Below, one piece after another: positions 28,056-45,070 of a DNA stretch of 64,000 bases; position 1 is the first letter of the stretch, and each line of letters opens with the position of its first letter. Both the position numbers and the translations under genes were made by a program. The notes below the pieces were generated by a model. It ran no database searches and was not told the origin of the DNA. It saw only the letters and a program-made list of their open reading frames with translations. Origin of the DNA: Eledone cirrhosa (lineage: Eukaryota); the NCBI GenBank assembly GCA_964016885.1, contig OZ024743.1, forward strand, positions 200,818,001 through 200,882,000. The letters are read 5' to 3'.

Positions 28056-28385
28056 ATGACACAAAGAGAGAAAGACACAGACTATGAGAGTGGCAGATAG
28101 ACAGACCAAAAGACAGACAGACTGACTGACGGTCGGACAGGTAATTTATCAGTTTACCTGGCTAGCCAGCCCAGTACTGCATGTATGTAATGCAACACTA
28201 GCATTACAACCAACATCCCGAACCCCTCCTTCCATTCACACATCACACACCACACACCACTCCCACACAGGACAGACCCCTGCTTTTCATGTTGTTGTTG
28301 CTGTTGTTGTTGTTTTCTTTTGTTGTTTTTATTCTTTCTTACCTTTGCTTTGTATAAAGTCTTATAATCTTTGTATTCTTGTTAA

Positions 28386-28637
28386 CACTTTAGACAGCAA
28401 ACTGCCTGAAACTTTCATTGATTCTTTGATAGAAAACTGATCCATTTTAAAGTGTTTATATTTAAATCTAATCCTTTTTTTCATAATTTCATGAAAGAAC
28501 CTTTCATTAATTAAATTATCTGCTCATTACAATGGGGAGCTAATTGTTTTATTACACCTTTTCAAAATTCTTGACTATTTAAAAAAATAATTCAAAGATA
28601 GGCAGTGTAATTCATTAGAAATGTGGTAATGAAGGGG
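28386..28637. mobile_element. Degenerate TTAA-flanked MITE
   Basis: TTAA flanks; 3' end similar to 5340-5399. Confidence 0.5.
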
Positions 28638-29791
28638 TTAAACAGAGACAGACAGACAGTTAGACACAAAAACAGACAGATAGACCATAATAAAAAAATT
28701 ATACATATTGAACCTAGCAAGTATCATTGACTATTACACGTCTTCAGAAACATAAATACAAACCAAAGTCAATAAAAAACATATACAGAAAAGGGAGATG
28801 TGTTCCTCGATTTAAGGCTACATATTTAATAAAATGTTATTAAGGGAAGAACTTTTATTTATAACGTCATAATAAACACTATTGAATATTTGAAAAAAAT
28901 CATAACTGAAATTAGTACGCTGACTAAATATTGGTTTTGGGGGAAAGGAAAGTCGATTAAATTGTCCCCAGTGCATTACATGTACTTTATTTTATCGAAC
29001 ACATAAGGATGAAAGGTAAAGATAACATTGGCAGGATTTGAACTCAGATCACAAAGCATGTTGTCCGACACTCCACTGATACTGTTAATCCATTGCCGTT
29101 AACTAACTGAATAGGACGATAGTATATGTAAGGAGGTAATTAATGCAAACATTTTATATAGTAAATAGATATGAGTATCAAATATGATCTGTGTTATATA
29201 TGTCACCTTTTCTTCTGCTCTTAAATGACACCTGTTCTATATTTCTATCTATAATGATGTGAACACATTGAGCTTAAATATATTATTGATTGGAAATATC
29301 TCTTCAGTTAAATTTGTATGTTTCTATATAAGCACTCTGAGACAGGTTTAGTTCCTTAAAAGTTCATTCCATAGTTCATTGAGGGTGTTATATGTGCAAA
29401 GGGGATTATAGTTGATACTATAACCTTGTCAACATATATATTCATATATATAAATATGGTATGGTCCTGTAACTCCTGATAGAGTCGTTGGGGTGTTGTA
29501 TTTACATACACCATTTCTTGGCCATTTTAAGCCTGGCAGATCCCATCCCTCTGCATGCCTGAGTACAGCAAATTTCTTCTAGAGGGAGGAAGAATCGACC
29601 CCAGTATTAGACTGGTACTTTTTTTATCGATCTTGAAAGGATGAAAGGCAGAGCTGACCTCTGCGGGATTTTAACCCAGAGAGCAGAAAGCCAGAACGAA
29701 TACCATAAAGCATTCTATCTGCCGTTCTAACCACTCTGCCAATTCACCACCTATCTATCTATCTATATATCTATATATCTATATCTATATA

Positions 29792-30126
<335 letters not shown>

Positions 30127-30152
30127 CATCATTTTATATATATATATATATA

Positions 30153-30982
30153 CCAGCAGCGTTGCCTGAGGGGTTAAATAATATCTGCTTTGATGAAAAG
30201 GTGTTGATCTTAGCGACTGCTTCTCGATGGCTCATCTATGGCCACACACAGGCCATTCGGGGGAGGGTGGTGATGACCTCTATCACTGAGAAACGCGGGT
30301 GACTGACGAAGGGGCATGCTGGGGGAGGGAGGTAATGACCTCTAACACTAAGCCAAATTTCCTCACGCTACTTGATTGGAAACCGATGAATTCTCAAATA
30401 CACAACTAAAAGCTCAGACGACATCAGTGGCCATCGTTTTGCCTTTGACCATCTATAAGATGTGCAATGATAGGTTCTATCGTAGTATAAAATTTGAAAC
30501 CAAATAAATTAATTTATGTGTGAGGTGGAGCCGAAGTTTCGAATTTGAAAGAAATCGGTTGAAAAATGTGGGAGCTAGAGCCGAAAAAGTGGAAATTTGA
30601 GTCTAAAAGTGGTATTTTTGAATATTTAAGCGGCTGCCACGCCGTTCCTGAACAACAAATTTAAAATATAAAGCCATTACAGGATGTGTAATGATAAATT
30701 CTATTTTGCTTTAAAATTTGAACGAAATCGGTGGTAAAATGTGGGAGCTAGAGCTAAAAATCTTATTTTTTGATACCTAAAAAAATGATCCCCCTATCAA
30801 TTTTTATCTGCAGAATGAGCTCGGAATGAAAAAAAAAACGATACGCTGATATATGGAAAACACTCCCCGATGACTAATCTATGAGCCTGTAAAGTTTCAT
30901 GAAAATCGGTCGTAAGATGTAGGCCCCTATAAGTAATACACAGACACACACACACACATACTTAATTTTATATATATACAGA
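30153..30982 (-). mobile_element. Non-autonomous Helitron-like element
   Basis: Minus strand starts a|TCtgtatatatataaaatt, then (GT)n and accgattttcatgaaacttt; ends ggcaacgctgCTGG|t. Confidence 0.6.
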
Positions 30983-32067
30983 TATATATATATATATATA
31001 TACCTGTGTGTGTGAGAGTGTATATCTACATATAGGTATGATTACGTAGACTACAAATTAATTTCACAATGGATCGAGGTTCGATCCTTCTGCACACCAT
31101 ATTGGACAAGTGTTTCCTTCTCCAGTAGCATTAGGTTGACCAATAATACCTAATTAATGAAATTTGGTAGACAGTGAACTGTGAAGAAGTCTCTCATTTA
31201 AGAATGGATGTTAAATTGATGATGATGATGATGATGATGTATAATCAAGTTCTGCTTTCACATATTGTCTTCATTGCTTACATACCTTGGATATCACACA
31301 CATTTGTCTTTATTTCTCTCTCCTTTTCTAGCTTTCATTTTATCTCTGTTATTTTCTATATCATTCACGCACTTTCAGTGCCTCTGTTATTTAATCATGT
31401 CACCTCTCTAATTGATCCTCTCTATTGTAGAGTTTTATTCTTCTTTCTTTACCATTCTTCACTTACTCGTGTTATATTTCCATCCCTGTATCTTGCTACA
31501 TTTAACTTTCGTGTTCATCACCACCAGTCACTCAAGCTGCTGTCTCTCATGCTGTCAACCAGCCAACCAGCCTACGAACCTAAAGACCTGCCCACCCAAC
31601 CATCCATACTCACCTACCTCCACACTCACCCACATGCCTACATAACCAACCATTCACCTACCTACCATGATAACAACCAACTCACCCACCTATATACATA
31701 CATATCTATCTATCTCTGTCCATTATCCATCTATCTACCTAATCTCTATCTATAACACTTTCTTTCTGACTTTTTACCTCTCTCTGCACAGCCACCCATT
31801 TCTCCTTCCATTTTGAAAGAAAGAGATATACTAACCAACAAAGTAACTCAATATGATGTAACATTTTATATTTTATAACTATTTATTTACCTCCCTCTCT
31901 CTTCCCCAATACACATATACACACACACATATACACATATATGTATATATATACGGGTTGTCCCATAAAAATTCATACGCACTTTGATAGAAATGGTGTT
32001 GAAGTGTGTATATATTTTATGTATATATATATGTATATACATATATATGTACACACACATGCACATA

Positions 32068-32104
<37 letters not shown>

Positions 32105-32659
32105 GTATTTATATATGTGTGTGTATGTGTGTGTGTACATATATAAATATATATATACACACAGATATATATATGAATATATATATATATATATATATGT
32201 GTACACTTATATATATATGAATATATATATATATATATATATGAATATATATATATATATATATATATATGATGTACATGTACATCTATATATATATATA
32301 TACATATATGTATGCATATATATATATATATATATATACACATCCATGTATAAAAAGGTGTTTAAATGTGTACACTTATACACACATACACATTACACAA
32401 GGTGTCCAAATAGGGAGCAGTTATTTTATGGTTTTAAAACAACAGATAAATAAAGAAACAACTAGACAAATCAATATATAGTGTTGCTTTAAACCTCCCT
32501 CAACCTGTCCAACTTGTATTGTAATACACCTGAAGTGTTACTATCATGTTGTTGTAGGCTTGTAGCATCATCATCATCAGTATTATCATTTCAAAAGGAA
32601 GAAATCTCTTCTCCTTGTCATTACTCTCTCTCTCTTTCTCTCTAGCCACCATTCTCTAT

Positions 32660-32709
<50 letters not shown>

Positions 32710-32730
32710 GTATATATATGTATATATATG

Positions 32731-32792
<62 letters not shown>

Positions 32793-32948
32793 TATATGAT
32801 GATTTCTAATGAATGAAACAGTTCTAGTCCTGTAGAATCTCATTTATATTAAAACTTTTATACTCTGCTATGTATTGAGTACCTTACTTACTGTGGTTAC
32901 CTCCGATTCAACCCGGAATAACGTATATATATATATATGTATATATAC

Positions 32949-33024
<76 letters not shown>

Positions 33025-33067
33025 CTATATATATATATGTATATGTATATATGAATATATATATATA

Positions 33068-33479
33068 TGGGAGAGATGACCCCTTAGCCTTTGTCAAGGC
33101 AGAATTCTAGAAGAAGGAAAACTCTGATATAACACCTGCAACTCAGATGGTATCCAATGATGTTGACTTGTTCTTCTCTTTGGTAAATATCATCTTGGTT
33201 AAGAGAGTGGGACTGGCTTTGTGCAGTGCCTTTGCTCACTATAAGAGCTTCACGGCACAGGCATTGCTTTATATATGGAGATCTCTCTGCACTTGTCGTC
33301 ACATGGTACCATGGGCCCAGCACTATGTGTCAGTAATTGTCACAAGTGTAGTGTTTGTACCAGAGTTTTCAAGTCGCTGGCTGGACTAAAAAGTCATACT
33401 CGTTCAGCGCATCGGTAGGGGTTCTCTTACATGGATATAACGTAGTGGCCGTACTCAAAAACGAATTGGCAGCCACCAT
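33068..33479 (+). mobile_element. RTE-derived internally deleted element (5'UTR-like head plus C-terminal C2H2 finger and tail)
   Basis: 33311-33418 translates [35 protein letters not shown]; head contains ctagaagaaggaaaactctg. Confidence 0.6.
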
Positions 33480-34872
<1,393 letters not shown>

Positions 34873-34887
34873 TTGCATGTTAATGTT

Positions 34888-35077
34888 CGTGGATTGGCAG
34901 TATCGGTAGAGGGTCGGACGTCATGCTTTGACGCATAGAGTTACGGCCCTTGCCATTCTGAGTTCAAATCCCGCCGAGGTTAACTTTGCCTTACATCCTT
35001 ACGGGGTCGATAAAATAAAGTACCAGTAATGCACTGGGATAATTGCTGGTCTTGTGCCAAAAGTAGAAACAATTATT
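34888..35077 (+). mobile_element. SINE family A
   Basis: Match to 13238-13430. Confidence 0.85.
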
Positions 35078-35979
35078 GTATGTTAATGTGTTTTGAAATA
35101 TATTTTGTCAGAGCTAGTGTGGGATATTATGAGACAATGTGTTGTATTGTTTCAGGGAAGGCTCCACATAGACGCCATATCTCATATCGATTGTTATGGA
35201 TATTATCAGCATTAGGGTATCAATTAAAATACCTTGTGTTATTGGTTCTGGTTAAAATCCTGCCTTTCATCTTCAATGGAACAATAAAATAAAGTACCAG
35301 TAGTGCACATCATACAAATCCCGCCGAGGTTAACTTTGCCTTTCATCCTTACAGGATCGATAAAATAACGTACCAGTAATGTACTGGGTAATTGCTGGCC
35401 TTGTGCCAAAAGTAGAAGCAATTATGTATAACATGAAAAAGAGTACATTGCTAGAAATCGCATACGTTACAAAATAAATAGGAAGGTATGGCGGGGGGGG
35501 GGGGGGTCTCAATATGTAAACTAAATGACTAATTCTGTCTTTAAAAAAAAAAAGAAGCTAAATTGGTTCTGTATGAGCATGACATGGAGACCTGACCTAG
35601 CTCACAACAGGATAACTAGTCTAACCCATGCCAGCGTGGAAAAATGGATGTTAAACTGTGATGATGATAATGATGATGATGAATGGAGACAACCTGGAAA
35701 AATTACCGATTTTCCAATCCCCCAGCTTATTCTACCCTCCCCCAGTTAATCCCCTCTCCCATGCTATTCCACCTCCTATTATTTGGGACAAGAGTAGATT
35801 GTGTATTTTCTACTACCTATCATGCTACAGCTATAGGGACCAGCTGGCATGTTATGTTCTTATATACACTGACAAGTGTAAGAATGGATTATGTCACTGG
35901 CATTTAGTGTCTGTCTTGTTACATGTAACAGACACTCACCTTCTCCTGGGTCTTACACTTTAATCTATGTCACAACACT

Positions 35980-37240
35980 TCCTTCTCACCACTACCTCCT
36001 CCTCCACCATCTTCTTCACAATTCCACCACCATCTCCTCAACCATTTCCACAACTATCTCCACTCCACCACCACCTGTGTCACCCCCCCCCCCCTCTACA
36101 CCACTATCTCCACCACTACCTCCACCATCTTCACAACATCACCACCATCTCCACTATCATCTCCGCCACTACCATCTCCACCACCTTCACAATTCCACTA
36201 CCATTTCCCCACTACCTCCACCACCCTCACAACTTTACCACCATCTCTACCACCCCCCCCTTCCACCGCCATCTCCACCACTACCTCCACCTGCTTTACC
36301 CCCTCTCCACCATTATCTCCACAACCATCTCCACCACTACCTCCACCACCTTCTTCACAACTTTACTACCATCCCCACCACCATCTAATTCACACACCCT
36401 ACCACCAACACAATCACGGGCACCACTACAACCATCACTACCCCTAGCACAACCACTGCCACCAACACCACCACAACCACCTCCTTCACAACTCTACCAC
36501 CATCTCCGACACCACTTACTTCACCCCCCCATCCCCTCCCCCCACAACCGTCACCACCACTACAACCACCTCCTTCACAACTCAACCACCATCTCCACCA
36601 CCACTTACTTCACACACACCACCACCACTACAACCATTACAATCACTACCATCACCGACACCAACAGCCGCCACCAACACTACTATGACATATTACAAAA
36701 ACCACCATTGGTGCTGATGGACGTGGTGGTGGAGGTAGTGGGGGTGGTAGTGGTGGTGGTGGTGGTGGCTGTGGTTGTTGTTGTGGTGGTGGAGGTAGTG
36801 TGGGTGGTGGTGGTGGCTGTGGTTGTTTTTGTGGAGGTAGTTGTGGTAGCAGTATGGTAGTGGTGGTGGTGGTAGCTATGGTTGTTGTGGTGGTGGTGGA
36901 GGTAGTGTGGGTGGTAGTGGTGGTGGTGGTGGTGGTGGCTGTGGTTGTTTTTGTGGAGGTAGTTGTGGTAGCAGTATGGTAGTGGTGGTGGTGGTAGCTA
37001 TGGTTGTTGTGGTGGTGGTGGAGGTAGTGTGGGTGGTAGTGGTGGTGGTGGTGGTGGTGGCTGTGGTTGTTTTTGTGGAGGTAGTTGTGGTAGCAGTATG
37101 GTAGTGGTGGTGGTGGTAGCTATGGTTGTTGTGGTGGTGGTGGAGGTAGTGTGGGTGGTAGTGGTGGTGGTGGTGATGGTGGCTGTGGTTGTTTTTGTGG
37201 AGGTAGTTTTGGTAGCAGTATGGTAGTGGTGGTGGAGGTG
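35980..37240. repeat. (CAC)n then (GTG)n low-complexity DNA with 122-bp higher-order repeat
   Basis: Near-identical blocks offset by 122 bp (36907/37029). Confidence 0.85.
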
Positions 37241-37372
37241 GGGAAACAAGTAGATTTGCAGGTGGGTGGTAACAATAAGTGTGTATGTGTGTACATAAGT
37301 GTGTATGTGTGTCTATGTTAGAAAGTCACTGTGTGCACACAGCGCACATGTGTGTGTGTGTAAGTATGTGTG

Positions 37373-37479
<107 letters not shown>

Positions 37480-37490
37480 GTGTGTGTGTG

Positions 37491-37523
<33 letters not shown>

Positions 37524-37552
37524 TAGTATATGTATGTCTGTATATATATATA

Positions 37553-37583
<31 letters not shown>

Positions 37584-37604
37584 GTGTGTGAGTATGTGTA
37601 TGTC

Positions 37605-37637
<33 letters not shown>

Positions 37638-37989
37638 ATATATATATATGTGTGTGTGTATGAGTATGTGTATGTCTGTATATATATATATGTGTGTGTA
37701 TGTGTGTCTGTGTGTGTGTGTGTGCGTGTGTGTGTGTGTTGATAAGCTAGTGATTATGAAAGGTGGAAAAGGTGAGTGTGTGAGTGAGTGTGAACGTGAC
37801 TGTATGTGTTTATGGTAGTGACTGTGTGTATGTATGTGTGTGTGTGTGACTCTATGTGTGAGTGAGTGTATGTGTGCAGTACATGCTGGAGTCTAGTAAC
37901 ACCTCCCCTCCCCCCACCATACAGTGGGAGTGGTGACTGTCTTTCTTCACTACCTGTACATAAGGTGACACTAACCTCCACAGAACAAT

Positions 37990-39634
37990 AAACCACTTCC
38001 ACCAACTCCACTACCTTACGTACCACCACCACTACCACCACTACCACCATTACCACCACTACCACCACTGCCATCATCACCACTACCACCACTACCACCT
38101 CCACCTTTACTACCACTACCACCTCCACTACCACTACCACCTCCACTACCACTACCACCTCCACTACCACTACCACCACTACCACCTCCACGACCATCAT
38201 CACCACTACCACCTCCACCCCACTACCTTATCAACCACCCCCACTACCACCTCCACCCCCCCCCACCCCCACTACCACATCGACCACCACCACCACTACC
38301 ACTACCGCCACTACCTCAACCTCTACCACCAGACCACCACCACTACCACATTCAACCACCACCACTACCACCTCCATGACCACTACCACATCGACCACGA
38401 CTACCACCACCTGCACCACCACCACCACTACCACTACCACCACTACCTCAACCTCTACCACCAGACAACAACCACTACCACATCCACCCCCACTACCACA
38501 TCGACCACCACTACTGCCTCCGCCGCCACCACCACCACCCCTACCACCAATGCTACCACCAGCACCACTACCAGCTACCACTATCTCTACCACCATTAAC
38601 ACCATCACTACCACCCCCACCCCTACCACCAATGTTACCACCAGCACCACTACCAGCTACCACTATCTCTACCAACATTAACACCATCACTGCCATCAGC
38701 ACCACCATCATCAGCACCACCATAATCATCACTACCACAACCACCACTACCACAACCACCACTACCACCACCATCACTACCACCACCACCCCTACCACCA
38801 GCACCACTACCAGCTACCACTATCTCTACCAACATTAACACCATCACTGCCATCAGCACCACCATCATCAGCACCACCATAATCATCACTACCACAACCA
38901 CCACTACCACAACCACCACTACCACCACCATCACTACCACCACCACCCCTACCACCACCCCTACCACCAGCACCACTACCAGCTACCACTATCTCTACCA
39001 ACATTAACACCATCACTGCCATCAGCACCACCATCATCAGCACCACCATAATCATCACTACCACAACCACCACTACCACAACCACCACTACCACCACCAT
39101 CACTACCACCACCACCCCTACCACCAATGTTACCACCAGCACCACTACCAGCTACCACTATCTCTACCAACATTAACACCATCACTGCCATCAGCACCAC
39201 CATCATCAGCACCACCATAATCATCACTACCAGCCACCACTACCACAACCACCACTACCACCACCATCACTACCACCACCACCCCTACCACCACCCCTAC
39301 CACCAGCACCACTACCAGCTACCACTATCTCTACCAACATTAACACCATCACTGCCATCAGCACCACCATCATCAGCACCACCATAATCATCACTACCAG
39401 CCACCACTACCACAACCACCACTACCACAACTACCACTACCGGGGCCACTACAACCACTACTATAATCACACTACAATTGCCACTACCAAAACCACATCT
39501 ACCTTCTTCACAGCTACAAACATATTGCTATGCCCACCATCACTACCACCACCACCATCACCACCAGCTCTCCTACTAAAAGTGACACCACCACAACCAC
39601 CTCTACACCCACACCTATAAACATACCATCGAAC

Positions 39635-39666
<32 letters not shown>

Positions 39667-39920
39667 CACTATCACCACCACCAACACCACTACAGCATCA
39701 CCAGTGTCAACCACAAAAACACCTATACCACCACCTCCTACTACAAACATCAAGAATGCCATCACCACCACTACCAGTACAACCACTACCTCCCAAAACC
39801 ATTACCTCCACCCCCACCACCACTACCTTCCCCCACCACCACCACCACCACCCACCACCCACCACCTTCCACCTTCCACCACCACCTTCCATCACCCCCA
39901 CCACTCTCCCCAACACCACC
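37990..39920. repeat. (CAC/CTA)n low-complexity DNA with ~169-bp higher-order repeat at ~38540-39420
   Basis: Blocks recur at 38807/38976/39145. Confidence 0.85.
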
Positions 39921-40063
39921 ATCTTCACTTGGAACACAATAGTCTAAATGAAGAAAGAACTGACAGGTGCTGTTGTTTTATGAGATGTGACCCATCCACC
40001 TACCTTCCATTATCCTTTACACCCGGCTACCCCCACCCCACCCACTCTATTTCCACCTCACCC

Positions 40064-40323
40064 TGTCTACTGCTTCATTATCAATGAAAGAGCCACTATG
40101 TGGTCATTCAACTTAGTAGACATAACAGCTCTGTTCCTCTCAATTTCTCCCTATCTACCTGCTTCATTATCAATGAAAGAGCCACTATGTGGTCATTCAA
40201 CTTAGTAGAAATAACAGCCCTGTTCCTCTCAATTTCATCCTATCTACCTGCTTCATTATCAATGAAAGAGCCACTATGTGGTCATTCAACTTAGTAGAAA
40301 TAACAGCCCTGTTCCTCTCAATT
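40064..40323. repeat. 89-bp tandem repeat, ~3 copies
   Basis: tcaatgaaagagccactatgtggtc at 40081, 40170 and 40259. Confidence 0.95.
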
Positions 40324-40679
40324 TATGCACCCATCATAAATAAAGACGGCTATATTTGTTGGTGAAGTCCTAGATAGACAGTGTCTTATATCAAAATGAG
40401 ATGGTCATGACTGGAATGACTTTGAGAATATGTCTGCTAGATTTAGATTGACCTTTCATGAAACAACAATATAGCTAAGTAATTTATCATCATCATCATT
40501 GGCTAACATCTATTTTCCATGCTAGTATGAGTTAGAAGGGTTATCCCATTAGAAGCAAGTCGGGTCATGTCACTGTGTCTTGCTCAGATAGAACTGTTTC
40601 TGGCTAGGTTTCTACAGCTGGATGCCATTCCTAACACTAACGATATTTACAGTGGGTGCTTTTTGTCATGTCAAGGTTA

Positions 40680-41457
40680 GCAATTTTAGGGGCTGAGGAA
40701 AATTTATTATATTGACCTAAGTACACGTCTGGTACATTATTTAATCAATACAGGAAGGATAAAAGGCAAAGATGACCAAGGTGAGATTTGAACACATAAT
40801 GTAAGGTGGTGTAACTAAACCACCATTAAGCATTATGCCCAATGCTCTACAGATACTGCCAAAATAATAATAATAATTGTTTCTACTTTTGGCACAAGGC
40901 CAGCAATTATCCCAGTGTATTACTGGTACTTTATTTTATCGACCCCCATAAGGATGAAAGGCAAAGTTAACCTCGGCGGGATTTGAACTCAGAATGGCAA
41001 GAGCCGTAACTCTTTGCTGCAAAGCATGGTGTCTGACCCTCTACCGATACTGCCAATCCACCGCCCATAATAATAATAATAATTGTTTCTGATTTAGGCA
41101 CAAGTCCACCAATTTGAGGTAGGGGAAAGTTGATTAAATCAACCCCAGTTCAATACTGGTGCTTTATTGACCCCATAAGGATGAAAGGCAAAGCTAACCT
41201 CAGTGGGATTGGAATGTAAATAATAATGGTTTCTTTATTATTATTATTTACATTCTAATCCCACTGAAGTTAGCTTTGCCTTTCATCCTTATGGGGTCAA
41301 TAAAGCATCAGTATTAATAATAATTGTTTCTACTTTTTGGCACAAGGCCAGCAATTATCCCAGTGTATTACAAAGTTAACCATGGCGGGATTTGAACTCA
41401 GACCGTAAAGGGCCGTAACTCTATGCTGCAAAGCATGGCCTTCAACCCTCTACCGAT
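40680..41457 (-). mobile_element. Cluster of SINE family A copies (best copy 40871-41067) including a short inverted duplication
   Basis: Matches to family A; ~41152-41211 inverted at ~41254-41314. Confidence 0.8.
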
Positions 41458-41462
41458 TGGTA

Positions 41463-41740
41463 CTGTGGAGAATCAGACACATAGAAGTGGTTCTGATTGT
41501 TGTTGGTGCACAAGGAACAGTTAGTAAAAGTTTGGATGTATGGCTAGGAATCATCATTAGCACGGGATTGTTTCAGAAAACAGTTTTGCTAGGAACAGCG
41601 AGGATTCTAAGGAGGGTGTTAGAAAGTTGAAGGAGAAGGAATAACCCAAAGGTCCATTGGCTATGGTCGTGCTTTCGGTACAGTGTCAGTATAGTATCTT
41701 CCCAAGCAAAAGCGTTATGAATGATAATAATAATAATAAC
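41463..41740 (+). mobile_element. 3' end of R4/Dong-like (RLE) non-LTR retrotransposon
   Basis: 41463-41630: LWRIRHIEVVLIVVGAQGTVSKSLDVWLGIIISTGLFQKTVLLGTARILRRVLES*, then 3' UTR and (TAA)n. Confidence 0.8.
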
Positions 41741-42656
41741 AACAAAAATAATAATAATGGTTTCAAATTTAGGCTCAAGGCCAGAAATTTGAATGGAAAA
41801 GTTAGTTGATTAAATTAACCCGTGTTTTATTTTACAGTCCCCAGAAGGCCAACAGGCAAAGCTAATCTACCTATTTCTATAGCTAGTATAGGCAAAAGAA
41901 AACTTTCCATTATGAACATGCAAAGCTCATCTCTAAATAATGGTAACAACTCAAATATTTCTTCTCTGAATTGTATGTCTTTCTAAAGCATTAGTTTATT
42001 GAGCTAAAGACCCCCTTGAAAATAACTGTAAAACAAAAAGCCGTACAGGGTTTGCTGAAAATCCTGTTAAAAAAAGAAAAAAGGGTTGTGGAATGGCAGA
42101 ATTGATAAGGCATCAGATAAAATAACATTGTGGTGTTTGTTCTGACTCATTGCATTCAAATTCTGTCAAGAAAAATCAATCATAGTACACCGGAATCAGT
42201 TGGAGAGGGTTGCTTCTGACAGGATCCATTGGAAGGGGTTTTTGAGGACTTTACCCCCATGACTCTCTCGGGAAAGAGTGGGTGAAGAAGAAGGATAAAA
42301 GACAAAATTGACTTCAGGAAAATATGAACTCAGAGTCATAATTGAATATAACAATGTATTTTATCCAGTGATCAACTGGTGATGCCAATCGATTTTTAAC
42401 ACAGGTACATTATTGAAAATGTTTGTGATGAAGTCCAAATACCCGAGTGGTTCATATTTTATTAAACCCAGAAAAACCCAGAAGCTCCAAAAACAAAGTC
42501 AACAACAGAGCAATTTGAAAGAACATTATAATGAAATACAGTAAAGTATGTTCACCAATGCACAACTAGCTTTGCTTTTATTTCATCAATCCCAGAATCA
42601 TGAAAAACAAAGTTTCATCTCAATGGTAGCTTTTAGTCTATCACTAACATAATTAA

Positions 42657-42980
42657 CCCTTTAGCATTTACATTACTGTGAAAATATAATAATAAATATC
42701 GAGTAAAGGCTTTATCTCACATGATATCAAAACTACAAGATTTTGATCCTATTTATTTTGAGAACAATACCTTAACATACGTCAAGCAACTTGAGGACGA
42801 TAGTGGATGCACTGCAGAAGAACTGGCAAACGCTATGAGAGACAGAGATGGATGGAGGAAACGTGTCGTAGAAAGCCGAGCAAGCTTGACATGATGATAA
42901 TGATGAATTATAAGCAGCCAGTTATGGCCAGTTTGAACAGAAAGAGATGAGAGGATACGGCTGGTTTAAATGCTAAAGGG
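42657..42980. mobile_element. piggyBac-like MITE containing an RTE 3' fragment (~42775-42906)
   Basis: TTAA|CCCTTTAGCATTTA...TAAATGCTAAAGGG|TTAA; insert translates TYVKQLEDDSGCTAEELANAMRDRDGWRKRVVESRASLT*. Confidence 0.8.
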
Positions 42981-43609
42981 TTAAGCTATCTGCTGTCCTA
43001 TTTATATCTATTGCAATTATTTTCATCATCATTATCACCATTGCTATCATCATCATCAACATCATCCCCCAAATCATCATCATCATCATCATCATTCTCA
43101 CTAAAAGTGTCAGAGAGACTATATCTTGCTCACGTTTTCTATATTTTGGCATGGGTTTGATGACTGGATGCCCTGTTGGCCACAGTAGAATTAGAACTTA
43201 AAATATAATGAGCTGTAATAAATGCTATAAAGCAGCTGTGTTCAACTATCTTACAATTATTCTAAACCGCCAGCCTTAATAAATTCTAGTACAGGTAGAA
43301 GACCAGGAATTTAGGAACAAAAATAAATCAATTAAATTAACTTCAAAACTTGATTGATACTTAATTTCATCAAGCCCTAAAGGATGAAGGGCAAAGTTGA
43401 CACCAGTAAGATTTGAACACATAATGTAAAGTGACATAACAACAACAGCTAGTCATTTTTTTAGTCCTTCGCTCACATTATTCTGCTATTCTCTGCAACT
43501 ATTCTTATACTTTGCCATTTAAAAGATGATGACAATGATGATGATAATAATAATAATAATAAGAATAATAATAATAATAATAATAGTAATAATAATAACA
43601 TTATTATTA

Positions 43610-43644
<35 letters not shown>

Positions 43645-43750
43645 CATTATGATTAATCGGCATAATGATAAAGAAATAATAATAATAAAAATAACCATAA
43701 TGGAAATAATATTAAAAATGATAATGGTACAAATATAAATAGCAATAATG

Positions 43751-43793
<43 letters not shown>

Positions 43794-44014
43794 TGGATGA
43801 TGATGGGGGTTAAAACTGAAATAAATCAGTTAAATTGAGAGAATGATGAACATAAAAAAAAATTATGCAAAACAATGAAAAGAGATTTTCTAATAGAGTT
43901 AGAAAAATCCGTTTAATATTGTATGAATGATCTAATAATTATTGCAAAAATAGGCATCGGTGAGAAAGGATTTCCACTTTTAACCATTCTTTCTTTCTTC
44001 TTCTTCTTCTTCTT

Positions 44015-44045
<31 letters not shown>

Positions 44046-44306
44046 TTATTATTATTATTATTATTATTGTTATTACTATTATTATTATTATTCCAGTTAC
44101 AGCAAAGGGTTATTGTTGTTGCTGATGATGTTGTTGTTCTTGTTGTTCATTGATTTTTCACATTGAAAAAAAAAATCTTTTACTGAAAATTTTATTTTGT
44201 TTTCGTCTCAAATTCATTGCGATTTGAAACAAAAAAAAAAGGAAAAAAGAACAGTAAAATGATATATATCCAAATGTGTGTGTATATATATATATATGTG
44301 TGTGTG

Positions 44307-44378
<72 letters not shown>

Positions 44379-44536
44379 CATACACATACATTTCTAATTT
44401 TTTTATTTCTATTTCTGTCTGTCATTAATTTAATTCTTCTATCCTCAGCTTCCAACATCATCTGTGGCTTTATTTATATATTTAGTTACATGCCTTTATT
44501 ATATCATTATCATTATCATTGTTACTATTATTATTA

Positions 44537-44601
<65 letters not shown>

Positions 44602-44708
44602 TGGTGGGGGCCAGTCTTTCGTTTTGTTTCTATCTTAAGTCTGATTCAGATAGTCTTTAAAAATATTATACTTCATTTTATTGTGCAATAAGCATGTATG
44701 TATCGTAT

Positions 44709-44742
<34 letters not shown>

Positions 44743-44773
44743 GTACATATATGTGTATATGTATATATATATG

Positions 44774-44804
<31 letters not shown>

Positions 44805-44870
44805 GTGTATATGTATATATATATATTTTTTTTTTTTTTGTATATGTATATATGTATATATATATATGTG

Positions 44871-44921
<51 letters not shown>

Positions 44922-44966
44922 GTATATATATATTTATATATATATGTATATATATATTTATTTATA

Positions 44967-45070
<104 letters not shown>

